From an uncultured archaeon (GTDB lineage: Archaea > Asgardarchaeota > Lokiarchaeia > Sigyniarchaeales > SOKP01), in NCBI GenBank assembly GCA_964486045.1, contig CAZALK010000004.1, forward strand, positions 1 through 64,000: a stretch of DNA of 64,000 bases. The letters are read 5' to 3'. Numbering within the stretch: the stretch's first letter is position 1; every line of letters begins with the position of its first letter. The position numbers were made by a program, and so were the translations under genes. Under the pieces are notes generated by a model. The model searched no databases, had not been told where the DNA came from, and was given only the letters and a program-made list of their open reading frames with translations. Shown in pieces: positions 32,642 to 42,092 of this stretch.

Positions 32642-32661
32642 CGTGAAATAACCGTTTCACG
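32642..32661 (+). repeat. Complete central site CGTGAAA-TAACCG-TTTCACG (putative recombination site)
   Basis: The only copy with both 7-bp inverted arms around the TAACCG core; polarity of all half sites switches here. Confidence 0.95.
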
Positions 32662-32865
32662 AAATTAAAAATTGTAGTGAACGAGTTAGTACCGCGAGTA
32701 ATATTTTCCTATTATAAATCACAAGAAAAGAATATTTGTCATTTTTAGAATCTCTTCGCTAAAGCCAGAAATAAGAACAATATTATTTATTTTTAGAAAA
32801 ATAATCTTAATTATAAGAGATTTTAATTTAAAATAGAAATTTAAATAATAAATAGGTAAAAATCC

Positions 32866-33819
32866 ATGAAAAGAATAAATTCCACTAAAATTATTAGTAT
32901 AATCAATTGGAAAGGTGGAGTGGGTAAGACTACTTGTGCAGTTAACATTGCTGCAGAATGGGCAGATATGAATAAAAAAATATTATTAATAGATATTGAT
33001 GCACAAGCATCTGCTTCAGCTTATCTCTACACGGAAGAGAAATATAAAGTGGAATATTTTAATCCAATTTTAGAAGCTTTAAGAACGAGAAAAGAAGAAA
33101 ATGTGGCTAAAGATATAGCAATCAAGAAATCAATTTATGGTGTATTTTGGGATGCAATCAAGGATACAAATCTTTTTTCAAAAAACAGTGGGATAAAAAA
33201 AAGCTTAGGAGATTTAAGAACCCTAGATCTAATTCCATCAACATTTTATTTAAATGAACTTGAGCAAGAAATTTCTTCTGCTTCGAGTACTCAAGGATTA
33301 TCTCCCTTCAATATTCTTAGACTAGGTTTAAACAAACATGAAATTTTAGAAAATTATGATTATGTTTTAATAGACTGTCCACCAAACCTTAACTTGATTA
33401 CTTTAAATGCTATTTTCGCATCAGATTACTATCTTATTCCAACAATCCCAGATCAATTGTCAACATTAGGGTTACCTTTGTTAATAAGAAGATTGCAAAC
33501 CGTGAAAAAGCGGAGATTGGAATTAGATGGAAATGACCCAAAACTTTTAGGAATTATACTTACAAAAGTTTCTCATCAATTAAGGGGCATACAAACATCA
33601 TGGATTGAGGTACAAATTCCTTGGATGTTAGAGCGTTTTATTGAAGATAAATTAGTTTGGAATAAATCTAAAATATATGAAAATTACATTAAAGAAGCGG
33701 TAGATATTCAAAAAGCTATGGAAGAGTCTAGACCATTATGCACATCAAAAGAAAAATCTAAAGAAATTAGAATAAGATATCAAAATTTAGCGAAAGAAAT
33801 AATCCAAACCATCTCTTAA
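32866..33819 (+). CDS. parA: ParA/Soj/MinD-family ATPase
   Basis: NWKGGVGKTT deviant Walker A, LIDIDAQ, YDYVLIDCPPN, ASDYYLIP. Confidence 0.92.
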   Translation: MKRINSTKIISIINWKGGVGKTTCAVNIAAEWADMNKKILLIDIDAQASASAYLYTEEKYKVEYFNPILEALRTRKEENVAKDIAIKKSIYGVFWDAIKDTNLFSKNSGIKKSLGDLRTLDLIPSTFYLNELEQEISSASSTQGLSPFNILRLGLNKHEILENYDYVLIDCPPNLNLITLNAIFASDYYLIPTIPDQLSTLGLPLLIRRLQTVKKRRLELDGNDPKLLGIILTKVSHQLRGIQTSWIEVQIPWMLERFIEDKLVWNKSKIYENYIKEAVDIQKAMEESRPLCTSKEKSKEIRIRYQNLAKEIIQTIS

Positions 33820-33846
33820 TTAAGTATAACCTAATGTGGCTTAAAA

Positions 33847-34437
33847 ATGCGTGAACAAGAAGTATCAATCAATATCCTTAATGGTCTCCTAGATTTCTCT
33901 AAAAAATATCCAAATTCTATCGATTGGAAGAAATTTGAAAAAGAATCGATTAAGATGGAATCTAAATTTAAAAATTTAATAATTCCTTCAAATAATGTTA
34001 AAAATATATTTTCTAATCGAAGTTATTTTAAAAATTTGAACGAAATCAAGGGATTTATGAGTAAAAATTTCAAACATAACATTAAAGAACGAACTACAGT
34101 AGGGGTTTTATCTTATATTACATACATTACTATAAAAAACCCCAGTTTGATATTAAAAATCGAAAATATCATTAAAGCTAAGTCAAAAATTATTATTCCA
34201 AAAAAAAAGCCTCAACCAAGGATTAGTCAACCAAATAAATCATGGAAGGAATGGACTAAATATGAATCAGAAGAATTACATAAACATCTGGATAAGTTAA
34301 CACTTACTCAAATTAAACCCAAGTTGGGGAAATTACTATCTTCTAGTGAAAAAAAACTTAGAAAAGCAGAACTTATTGATGTTATAGTTAAAAAAATTAC
34401 AAAATTGAAAATTCATTATGAAATGGGACCCGGATGA
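33847..34437 (+). CDS. Basic hypothetical protein downstream of ParA (possible DNA-binding partner)
   Basis: Lys-rich 196 aa; C-terminal LDKLTLTQIK..KLRKAELID helical motif. Confidence 0.65.
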   Translation: MREQEVSINILNGLLDFSKKYPNSIDWKKFEKESIKMESKFKNLIIPSNNVKNIFSNRSYFKNLNEIKGFMSKNFKHNIKERTTVGVLSYITYITIKNPSLILKIENIIKAKSKIIIPKKKPQPRISQPNKSWKEWTKYESEELHKHLDKLTLTQIKPKLGKLLSSSEKKLRKAELIDVIVKKITKLKIHYEMGPG

Positions 34438-34934
34438 TACGACGCAAGAAAGTTATGTTCGAGGAGGATCTTCACGAAATATTTTATAGGTTTCCTTATT
34501 TAATTGTAAATAAAACAGCTTCTATTATTAATACAATTCATGAATACAGGCTTGATTCTGCTTCTATCCCAGATATCTACATTGAAACTCTTTTTAAAAA
34601 ATATTATTGTGAAGTAAAACTGGGAAATTTAAAAGAAATTGATCTATATCAAGCAATACGGTATTCAAATACGATTAAAACCCAAATTGATAACCATGAA
34701 ATTCAAGAGGATTCTAAAAAATCTATAATTATTCTTATTGGAATAAATATCTCAAGTAATTTAGAGGATATGGCAAAAAAAAAGGACATTTCAGTGAAAA
34801 TAATTGGCAGGAACATTCCTGAATCTATAACTATATGCAAAAATTGTAGAAAGGCATATGATTCTAAAGTATTTTGTTGTAGCTTTTGTAATTCAAATGA
34901 AATTCTCGAAGTCATAACTTTGAAATATAAGTAA
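34434..34934 (+). CDS. Small NucS-like PD-(D/E)xK protein with C-terminal Zn ribbon
   Basis: EEDLHE..IPDI..CEVKLG..QAIRY; CKNC..CSFC. Confidence 0.7.
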   Translation: MIRRKKVMFEEDLHEIFYRFPYLIVNKTASIINTIHEYRLDSASIPDIYIETLFKKYYCEVKLGNLKEIDLYQAIRYSNTIKTQIDNHEIQEDSKKSIIILIGINISSNLEDMAKKKDISVKIIGRNIPESITICKNCRKAYDSKVFCCSFCNSNEILEVITLKYK

Positions 34935-35072
34935 TTTTCTTTGCAATTGTAATGTGCTTTATCATTATATGTTGTAGGTGATAATCTCTCTTAACAAAGA
35001 GCAACAACTTAAATAATAATCGATATTTATACTTTTAAGTTAATAATTTTTATAAGGGTAAGGCGATATTAA

Positions 35073-35705
35073 ATGGTAATTCGCGTTGGGCTATGCTCTG
35101 ATATTGATTTAGAGAGCAAATTTAAACATATGACTACTAAAAAGAGGTTGGAATATGAAGAGGATCAATTAAGTGATTTTGACCAACTTATAAGAACCAT
35201 TATAAAGCAAAAAATTGATGCTATCTTTATAACGGGGAATCTTTTTGGAACAGCTAAACCTAAAAATCGAACAATTGAAATGCCTAAAGTTAAAGTTTCG
35301 GTTATAAGTCCTTTCAGAGTTCAAGCGAAAATACTGAATAACTTTATTAGTTCTAAAGTAGTTGACCTTCTGAACGGAACAGTTCATGTCATGCAAGGCC
35401 AAACAAGAGATATAGTTATTGGATCGATTGCTGCAACAAATTCTTCAATTTTTCTTGCACCACCTAAATATTGGATTTTAGATTTGGCTGAAAACATAGA
35501 AGAAATTTTCAAAAGATTAAATTACGATGCTAAGAAATGTCAAAAAATTTATAAATTTAACTTCAGACCGGTATTAGATGAGATAAAGCAAAAATGGAAT
35601 AAGTCTTTGAAAGAATATAGCCTAAGGAATTTTAATTATAATGAAAGAGAATTAAAAATGAGTACTTATGCAGGATATGAATATAAAGGGAATATAACAA
35701 ACTAA
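35073..35705 (+). pseudogene. Chimeric ORF: Mre11/SbcD-like N-terminal fragment joined to SF1 helicase C-terminal fragment
   Basis: SDIDL..IDAIFITGNLF...P (degenerate phosphoesterase motifs), then VISPFRVQ..GTVHVMQGQTRDIVI (Upf1/DNA2-like helicase motifs). Confidence 0.6.
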
Positions 35706-36309
35706 AAACTGTATCGATCAAATAGTTTTGCCCCAAACATATTTAATGTCCTTTTTAGTCGTGCTAGAAGATGTCTTGTATTGTTCTCTCACGAGGCTAT
35801 ATCCCGCAAAAATATAGTATTAAATTTAGCAAAGTTATGGATTGATACTTATCGTGAGTTCAAGATCCGTGGAGAAATATAAGCTTTTCAACCGGATTTC
35901 CTGATTTGTTTGGTAGCTTGTTTTCTTAATTTTGTATTTAATGGTTTAGAATTAGTTAAAATCCTATTTCATTTTCTTAACTTAAATCTTTCGATCCATC
36001 AAATCATATCAAGTAATTTGGCTTTAGTAAAGCAATATTTTGATTCTCTGTCCGTAGAGTAATCATATGTGTAGATTTTATTATTTGTTTTACCTTTAAA
36101 TTAGTGATTGAAATTTAGTACAGCCTTAATTATCTGATCCTGATATTCAAAATACATTTCTTGATTTTAATAAGAGCTTTTTTATTACTGGCTAAAATGC
36201 TTTAATACTTGAAATCCCAAATCTTATCCTTTATTTTGTTTTTCTTAAAAATGAATACTTAATCTCATATGTTGTTTCACGAATTAATTAGATTATTTTA
36301 AACAAACAA

Positions 36310-36322
36310 TAACCGTTTCACG
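36310..36322 (+). repeat. Half site TAACCG-TTTCACG (family-alpha element 36274-36322)
   Basis: Exact; extra arm GTTTCACG at 36274-36281. Confidence 0.95.
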
Positions 36323-36437
36323 AACTTTTTCAAGATATTAATTCTAGATAGTCTTCTTATTTTTAAGACATTAAGAGTTTAACTTACAAAATAGTTAAGA
36401 TTTATAACCTTTGAATAATAATCTGAATTAAAAATTC

Positions 36438-38702
36438 TTGAGGTTTATGCTTATGAGGATAAAATTGAGTGAATTTAGAATTCGTAATTTTAGATGTATC
36501 GATGATAGCGATTGGATAAAAGTTGAAGATATAACCTCCCTAGTAGGAGTTAATGAATCTGGAAAAACAGCTTTATTACAAGCATTATTGACTTTAAACC
36601 CCGGAAGTGGAGAAATAGACATAGATTACATTAGAGATTTCCCTAGAGCGAGATTGACTGAAGAGTATACTGAAGACTCTACCCTTGCTGAAGGTCGTTA
36701 TGTAATTCCTAAAGATTACCTAAATAAGAAATTAGGATTAAATAAATTAAATATAAATCCTAATAAAGAAATAATTTTAACCTTAAAAAGAAAATATGAT
36801 AAAAAATTATATTATAATTTTAATATTGAACTTGGAAAAAAATTTATCCCACAATTAAAAAAAGTATTACAAGAAGCTAGGAAAAATCTTTCCCGTAAAA
36901 ATGTTGATCAAATTCCTCAAATTCCTGAAACTCCCAAAAAAGAGGAAGAACAGGATACTCAGACTGAAGATATAAAAGATGATCAAATCAAAAGATTCAC
37001 AGAAAAAATTAAAAATAATCTTGTCGAACTTATCAATCTATACCTAAAGGAAATTGAGATCTCTTTTAAAGAAAAAAAGATCTTCAATACCCCAGAAAAA
37101 AGAGAAGAGATCAAACAAAAAATAAATATGTATAACCAAGCTTTGGGAGAATATTTTCAAACAGCAGAAAATGAGTTAAGAGATTTGCTTGATTATTTTG
37201 AAGAATTGTTAAACAATTTAGAAGGAAAAAGTCTTAGCGAGAAATTATATGACCTAGTTAAACAAGATCTTCCTGTATACATCTACTTCGAAGACTATAA
37301 TATCTTGGATGGGAGCATAATAATATCTAATTTAGTAAAAGCCATTCAAGGAGATATAAAATTTAAGGGATTTAAAATACAGGAAACTTTATTCAAACAT
37401 GTAAATTTGGATCCAATAGAAATTTATGAACTCGGGTCAACGAAACTTACAGATACACAAAAAATTGAACTTAATTCTAGAATACAGCAGAAAAATATAA
37501 ATGCGGACCAAGTTACGAATGATTTTTATGAAAAAGTGTCTAAAGAAAAGCAACAAAAATTAAAAAAAAGAAAGATCTTATTAGATTCTGCTTCTCAATT
37601 AATGACAAAGACATTGAATAAATATTTTCAAGAAAGAAACTATAAAGTTGAGTATGATACCGATGGTCAATTCTTACAAATTCTTATTTGGGATGATGTA
37701 AGACCGTCCAAAATAAATTTAGAGGAAAGAAGTAAAGGATTTAGATGGTACTTTTCATTTTTTCTTGTGTTTTTAGTAGAATCTGAGGGAATGCATAAGA
37801 ATGCAATTCTATTATTAGATGAACCAGGGATTCATTTACATTTACAAGCTCAATTTAATCTTATCAATTTTTTTCAAAAATTAGAAGAATCTAATCAAAT
37901 CATTTATTCTACCCATTCTCCATTCTTGATAGATGAATATCATTTAGAACAAGTAAGATCTGTTTATGAGGATGAAAAAGGTATAACCCATGTTACTGAT
38001 AATAACCTAATTCCAGATAAGAAATCTATATTCCCACTACAAGCGGCGTTAAGTTATAAAACTAGTCAGGTAATCTATCAAGGTTTAAAACAGCTTCTTG
38101 TAGAGGGTGATAGTGATTTTAACTATATAAAATCAATAAATTATATTTTAGAGAAAAGTGGGAAAAAATCACTTGATAAAGATATTGTTATAATACCGTG
38201 TAAAAGTGCTTCAAAAATTGATATGTATGCAAGACTATTTATTGATTTAGAGAACGTTCCTGTAGTTCTACTTGATTCAGATGCTGAGGGGAAAAGGGTT
38301 TTTGATGCTCTTACTGAAAAACTTTTTTCAAAAAATAAAAAAAATGTGTTAATGATAGGAGATTTTCTTAAGGATAGTTACGATACTGAAATTGAGGACC
38401 TTATAGGAAGAGAGCTCTTAGTGGATTGTATTAACAAAAATAATATTACTCAATTGCCTGTTTCATTAGATGAGATAGAAGATGGTACATTTGTTGATAA
38501 ACTAGTTGATTACTGTAACAAAAATAAAATCCCATTTAATGATAAATTAAATTGGAAATATGAAATATCATTAAAGTTTAAAAATAGTATATTAAGTGAA
38601 GATATTCATAAAATTATAGGTAAAATAACCCCTGAAAAACTTGGAGATTTTGAAAATCTAATTGGAAAAATAAATCGGAATGCTAAAAAGAAAGTCGATT
38701 AA
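36438..38702 (+). CDS. OLD-family-like ABC ATPase with TOPRIM domain
   Basis: IRNFRCI, GVNESGKT, RSKGF, LLLDEPGIHLH, YSTHSPF, LLVEGDSD, LLDSDAEG. Confidence 0.88.
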   Translation: MRFMLMRIKLSEFRIRNFRCIDDSDWIKVEDITSLVGVNESGKTALLQALLTLNPGSGEIDIDYIRDFPRARLTEEYTEDSTLAEGRYVIPKDYLNKKLGLNKLNINPNKEIILTLKRKYDKKLYYNFNIELGKKFIPQLKKVLQEARKNLSRKNVDQIPQIPETPKKEEEQDTQTEDIKDDQIKRFTEKIKNNLVELINLYLKEIEISFKEKKIFNTPEKREEIKQKINMYNQALGEYFQTAENELRDLLDYFEELLNNLEGKSLSEKLYDLVKQDLPVYIYFEDYNILDGSIIISNLVKAIQGDIKFKGFKIQETLFKHVNLDPIEIYELGSTKLTDTQKIELNSRIQQKNINADQVTNDFYEKVSKEKQQKLKKRKILLDSASQLMTKTLNKYFQERNYKVEYDTDGQFLQILIWDDVRPSKINLEERSKGFRWYFSFFLVFLVESEGMHKNAILLLDEPGIHLHLQAQFNLINFFQKLEESNQIIYSTHSPFLIDEYHLEQVRSVYEDEKGITHVTDNNLIPDKKSIFPLQAALSYKTSQVIYQGLKQLLVEGDSDFNYIKSINYILEKSGKKSLDKDIVIIPCKSASKIDMYARLFIDLENVPVVLLDSDAEGKRVFDALTEKLFSKNKKNVLMIGDFLKDSYDTEIEDLIGRELLVDCINKNNITQLPVSLDEIEDGTFVDKLVDYCNKNKIPFNDKLNWKYEISLKFKNSILSEDIHKIIGKITPEKLGDFENLIGKINRNAKKKVD

Positions 38703-38769
38703 TTTCTTTTAGAATGAATAATAAGAAGAAGCTATTTTGCGAAAAAAAGAATAAAAAATTAGATATCAT

Positions 38770-38782
38770 CGGTTATTTCACG
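38770..38782 (-). repeat. Half site CGGTTA-TTTCACG
   Basis: Exact; between convergent genes. Confidence 0.95.
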
Positions 38783-38791
38783 AAAAATAAT

Positions 38792-39559
38792 CTATTTTCC
38801 TTTTGAATTGCTTTTTTCATTATTATTCTTAGACTTAATTTTAACTAGTTTTCGCAAGGTTTTAGGATCATTTTCTATTAAATGAAGTTGTTTCTTACGA
38901 AATATTAACCTTTCATAATTATCTAAGTTATCTAGATATTTTTTGAAAATTTCGTTAGAATTATCAAAATTCTGGCTCCTTTCTATTGCTTCTAAAGCGT
39001 TCTCAAAATTATCATGGCAAATTTTAATTCTTTTTTTGATATTGAAAATTTCTTCTTCCAAACTAGCTTTAATTGAATCGATTTCAAGATGTTTATTAAT
39101 TCTTATAATTTTTTTAGAGATAAATAATATACTCATTAAGACGTAAATTACAATTGCTGAAAATCCAACAATGTATCTTCCAGGATATATAAGTAAATTA
39201 GGAATATAATTTACCAACATACCTGCGACAAAAAAAATTAAAGTACTTAGGATTTTAAAAGATTTAAGTTGTGAAAAACTAAGTTGTCTATACATTGCGA
39301 AATAATAACTTAAAGCTACAAATATAATACAACCCCCAATAAACAATAAGTAAAACCATGAAATAGCATTCATATAACCTATAAAAATAGATCCAAGGCT
39401 TAAAATTACGTTATAAAATAGAAACATACCTAATGAGAAAAAATATAAAATATTATACAAGAGAGAATGATGATTTTTGAGAATTCTTAATATTTTTACA
39501 CGATATGTATCATATCCTAATTTTTTATCAACCTTCTTATTTGGCTCTTTCATAGTCAT
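38792..39559 (-). CDS. Membrane protein (about 4 TM) with C-terminal coiled coil
   Basis: Four hydrophobic stretches followed by a charged helical tail. Confidence 0.7.
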   Translation of the reverse strand: MTMKEPNKKVDKKLGYDTYRVKILRILKNHHSLLYNILYFFSLGMFLFYNVILSLGSIFIGYMNAISWFYLLFIGGCIIFVALSYYFAMYRQLSFSQLKSFKILSTLIFFVAGMLVNYIPNLLIYPGRYIVGFSAIVIYVLMSILFISKKIIRINKHLEIDSIKASLEEEIFNIKKRIKICHDNFENALEAIERSQNFDNSNEIFKKYLDNLDNYERLIFRKKQLHLIENDPKTLRKLVKIKSKNNNEKSNSKGK

Positions 39560-39921
39560 CCTAAAAATTTGTGATTTTTTTTACTTTAACTCAACTTAAA
39601 ATTCTAAATTTTTTTAGATCTGCCCTAAAATACATAAGTACTGACTATATAAAACAGAGATATTAAAGAGAATTAATAAATCTTCCTTTAGATTATTAAG
39701 TTAAAACTATTCAAAAAATTTTTTAACATCTTATCTCTAAATTCAAATTAAATTTTTTATCTAATTTCTAAGAAATTATCCAACTCATTTTAAAAAACAA
39801 AATCAACACACAAATCAGGAATACAAGCTTTAGGAAAATTTGGTTTTACTACAAATCCATTTTTGAATTTCCAATCAGAAATTCAATAATTTGGATTTTT
39901 TTAGAGGAATTAATATAATAC

Positions 39922-39934
39922 TAACCGTTTCACT
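39922..39934 (+). repeat. Half site TAACCG-TTTCACt (12/13)
   Basis: One mismatch; between divergent genes. Confidence 0.88.
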
Positions 39935-40016
39935 CAGATAGTAAACCTTTAAAAAAAACTATAAATAATTACTAGTAGAATATCTAAATGAAAACTAATA
40001 AAATAGACAAATTCAG

Positions 40017-41270
40017 ATGAATAACAAATTTATTAGGAAATTATATTCTCGGGATTTTGGATTTTTTAAAGAACTAGGGATTGATTTTAATCCTAAATTT
40101 AATTATATAGTAGGACCAAATGCGAGTGGAAAATCTACGATTCTAAAATATATTGCACTAGCATTTACCACAAATCGTAATGATTTTAAGATTTTTAGAT
40201 TCGGTGATAATCCTGAAAATTGGATAGAATACTATGAAAATGAGCAAATCTATCGAATAGGATGGGGAGATAGATTTATTTTAGGAAATTCTATTTATAG
40301 AGAAAGAAGGGATTTAAGATATGTTTCTCCGCCTAAAATTAATGGTGTCCGCCCATTGAGACCTAATGATCTTGAAAATGATAACATTAGAGTTGCACCA
40401 TTATTTATAGGTGCTTACAGAAGAATCAATTATAAAAAAATTGAAGGGATGGTTAAAGAGCAAGATGCCCCCATGCAAAGAGCTGATTATCGGAATATTG
40501 GCATAAGTAATCTAGAAGGTATAAAATTACCTCAAGTAAAACAGTGGATGATAAATAGATATTTTCAAATTGAAAAAGATTGGGCAGAAATTGAACGTAA
40601 AAATTGGAAATGGCTAATGACCAACATGTTTAAAATCGCTCCAGAGGGGACCCAATTTAATTTTATGGAAATTAGAAAAAATTTGGAATTAAACTTTATA
40701 TTAGATGATGTACTTTGTTTTCTTGAAGAACTCTCTGCAGGATATCAAGCCTTTCTTTCGATGGTGTTACACATATTTGATTGGATCGAAGGGATTAATG
40801 AAATTGATGAGGAACGAATAGTTCAATTTGCAGAGGGAACTGTCATTATAGATGAATTAGATGTTCATATGCATCCTGAATGGCAATTAAATGTAAGAAA
40901 TTCGTTAGATCAAATTTTCCCAAAACTTCAATTTATAGTTACAACTCACTCTCCTCATTTAATTGCTACAGCAAATAAAAATGAAATAATTATTCTTGAT
41001 GGTACATCAAGAGAGCTTTTTACTAAACCTGTAAATAAATCTTATTCTGGATGGACTACAGATTTGATATTAGAAGATGTAATGGGTGTTAAAAACCTAG
41101 TAAATAAGAAATACAACCAGTTATTACAGAAGTGTTTGAGTGCTATCGATCTTAATGATATAGCCGGATTAGAAAAAGCAATTGCGGAATTTGAAGAAAT
41201 AACACATCCCAAAGATACTATAATTACTGAATTAAGAATTGTTTTATCTAAAATGATTGCTAACAAATGA
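40017..41270 (+). CDS. ptuA: PtuA-like (Septu-type) ABC ATPase
   Basis: GPNASGKS, LSAGYQ, IIDELDVHMHPEWQ, QFIVTTHSP; followed by an HNH gene. Confidence 0.78.
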   Translation: MNNKFIRKLYSRDFGFFKELGIDFNPKFNYIVGPNASGKSTILKYIALAFTTNRNDFKIFRFGDNPENWIEYYENEQIYRIGWGDRFILGNSIYRERRDLRYVSPPKINGVRPLRPNDLENDNIRVAPLFIGAYRRINYKKIEGMVKEQDAPMQRADYRNIGISNLEGIKLPQVKQWMINRYFQIEKDWAEIERKNWKWLMTNMFKIAPEGTQFNFMEIRKNLELNFILDDVLCFLEELSAGYQAFLSMVLHIFDWIEGINEIDEERIVQFAEGTVIIDELDVHMHPEWQLNVRNSLDQIFPKLQFIVTTHSPHLIATANKNEIIILDGTSRELFTKPVNKSYSGWTTDLILEDVMGVKNLVNKKYNQLLQKCLSAIDLNDIAGLEKAIAEFEEITHPKDTIITELRIVLSKMIANK

Positions 41271-42042
41271 TACTATGATTTATATTAATAAGCCATCGAC
41301 TCCACCAAGTTCTCTCTCAAATTTTAAAGCAATAATGAAAGACTTAATTCTTCGATTTGGATCATATGATAATATTCCAGAGGATGAGAAAAATAAATTC
41401 ATTAATGGATATCGTCATCCGGAAGTAAGAGAAAGATTATTTAGTTGTAGTTTTGGGAAATGTGCTTATTGTGAATTGATCCCAGAAGGAAGTTCACTTA
41501 GGGTTGAACATTTTCATCCTAAATCTATATATCCTGAAGAGATTCTTGATTGGAGTAACCTTTTACCTTCTTGTGAAAAGTGTAATGCTTATAAATATAC
41601 ACATGATACTAAAGTCGATCCGATTATTAATCCATGTGAAACCGATCCATCCCTTTATTTTATTTATGATACCTTTAGAATTCTAGCATCTCCCACAGCT
41701 CCTAACCTCTCTCTTGCTAGTAAAACAATAAATACCTGTAACTTAAATCGTCCAGAATTAATTAAAAGCAGATCCAATATTTTAGCAAAAATGACTGATT
41801 ATATAAATGATATTGAAGACAAAATTATTGAACTGCAGAGTAATCCTTCTGATTTAATTATCAGGAGAAGAGTTCTCGCAATTGAAGAATCTTTTGACAC
41901 TATTGAAAATATGGCGGAAAAAGATAAACACCATTCGGCCTTAATTAGATATCGGTTATATAATAGTTTAGATATTTCGCAAAAAAGAAATTTCTTGGAG
42001 AATCTTAAAACAAGCTATTCAAGAATATTTCAAAATTTATAA
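41257..42042 (+). CDS. ptuB: PtuB-like HNH endonuclease
   Basis: KCAYCE..VEHFHPKS..WSNLLPSCEKCN..IINPC..LNRPEL. Confidence 0.8.
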   Translation: MLTNDTMIYINKPSTPPSSLSNFKAIMKDLILRFGSYDNIPEDEKNKFINGYRHPEVRERLFSCSFGKCAYCELIPEGSSLRVEHFHPKSIYPEEILDWSNLLPSCEKCNAYKYTHDTKVDPIINPCETDPSLYFIYDTFRILASPTAPNLSLASKTINTCNLNRPELIKSRSNILAKMTDYINDIEDKIIELQSNPSDLIIRRRVLAIEESFDTIENMAEKDKHHSALIRYRLYNSLDISQKRNFLENLKTSYSRIFQNL

Positions 42043-42047
42043 TATCA

Positions 42048-42060
42048 TGGTAATTTCACG
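42048..42060 (-). repeat. Degenerate half site tGGTaA-TTTCACG (11/13)
   Basis: Just after the HNH stop, 32 bp before an exact copy. Confidence 0.7.
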
Positions 42061-42079
42061 AAAACTTCAGTAAATTTAT

Positions 42080-42092
42080 CGGTTATTTCACG
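42080..42092 (-). repeat. Half site CGGTTA-TTTCACG
   Basis: Exact; contains the stop codon of 42088-43566. Confidence 0.95.
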
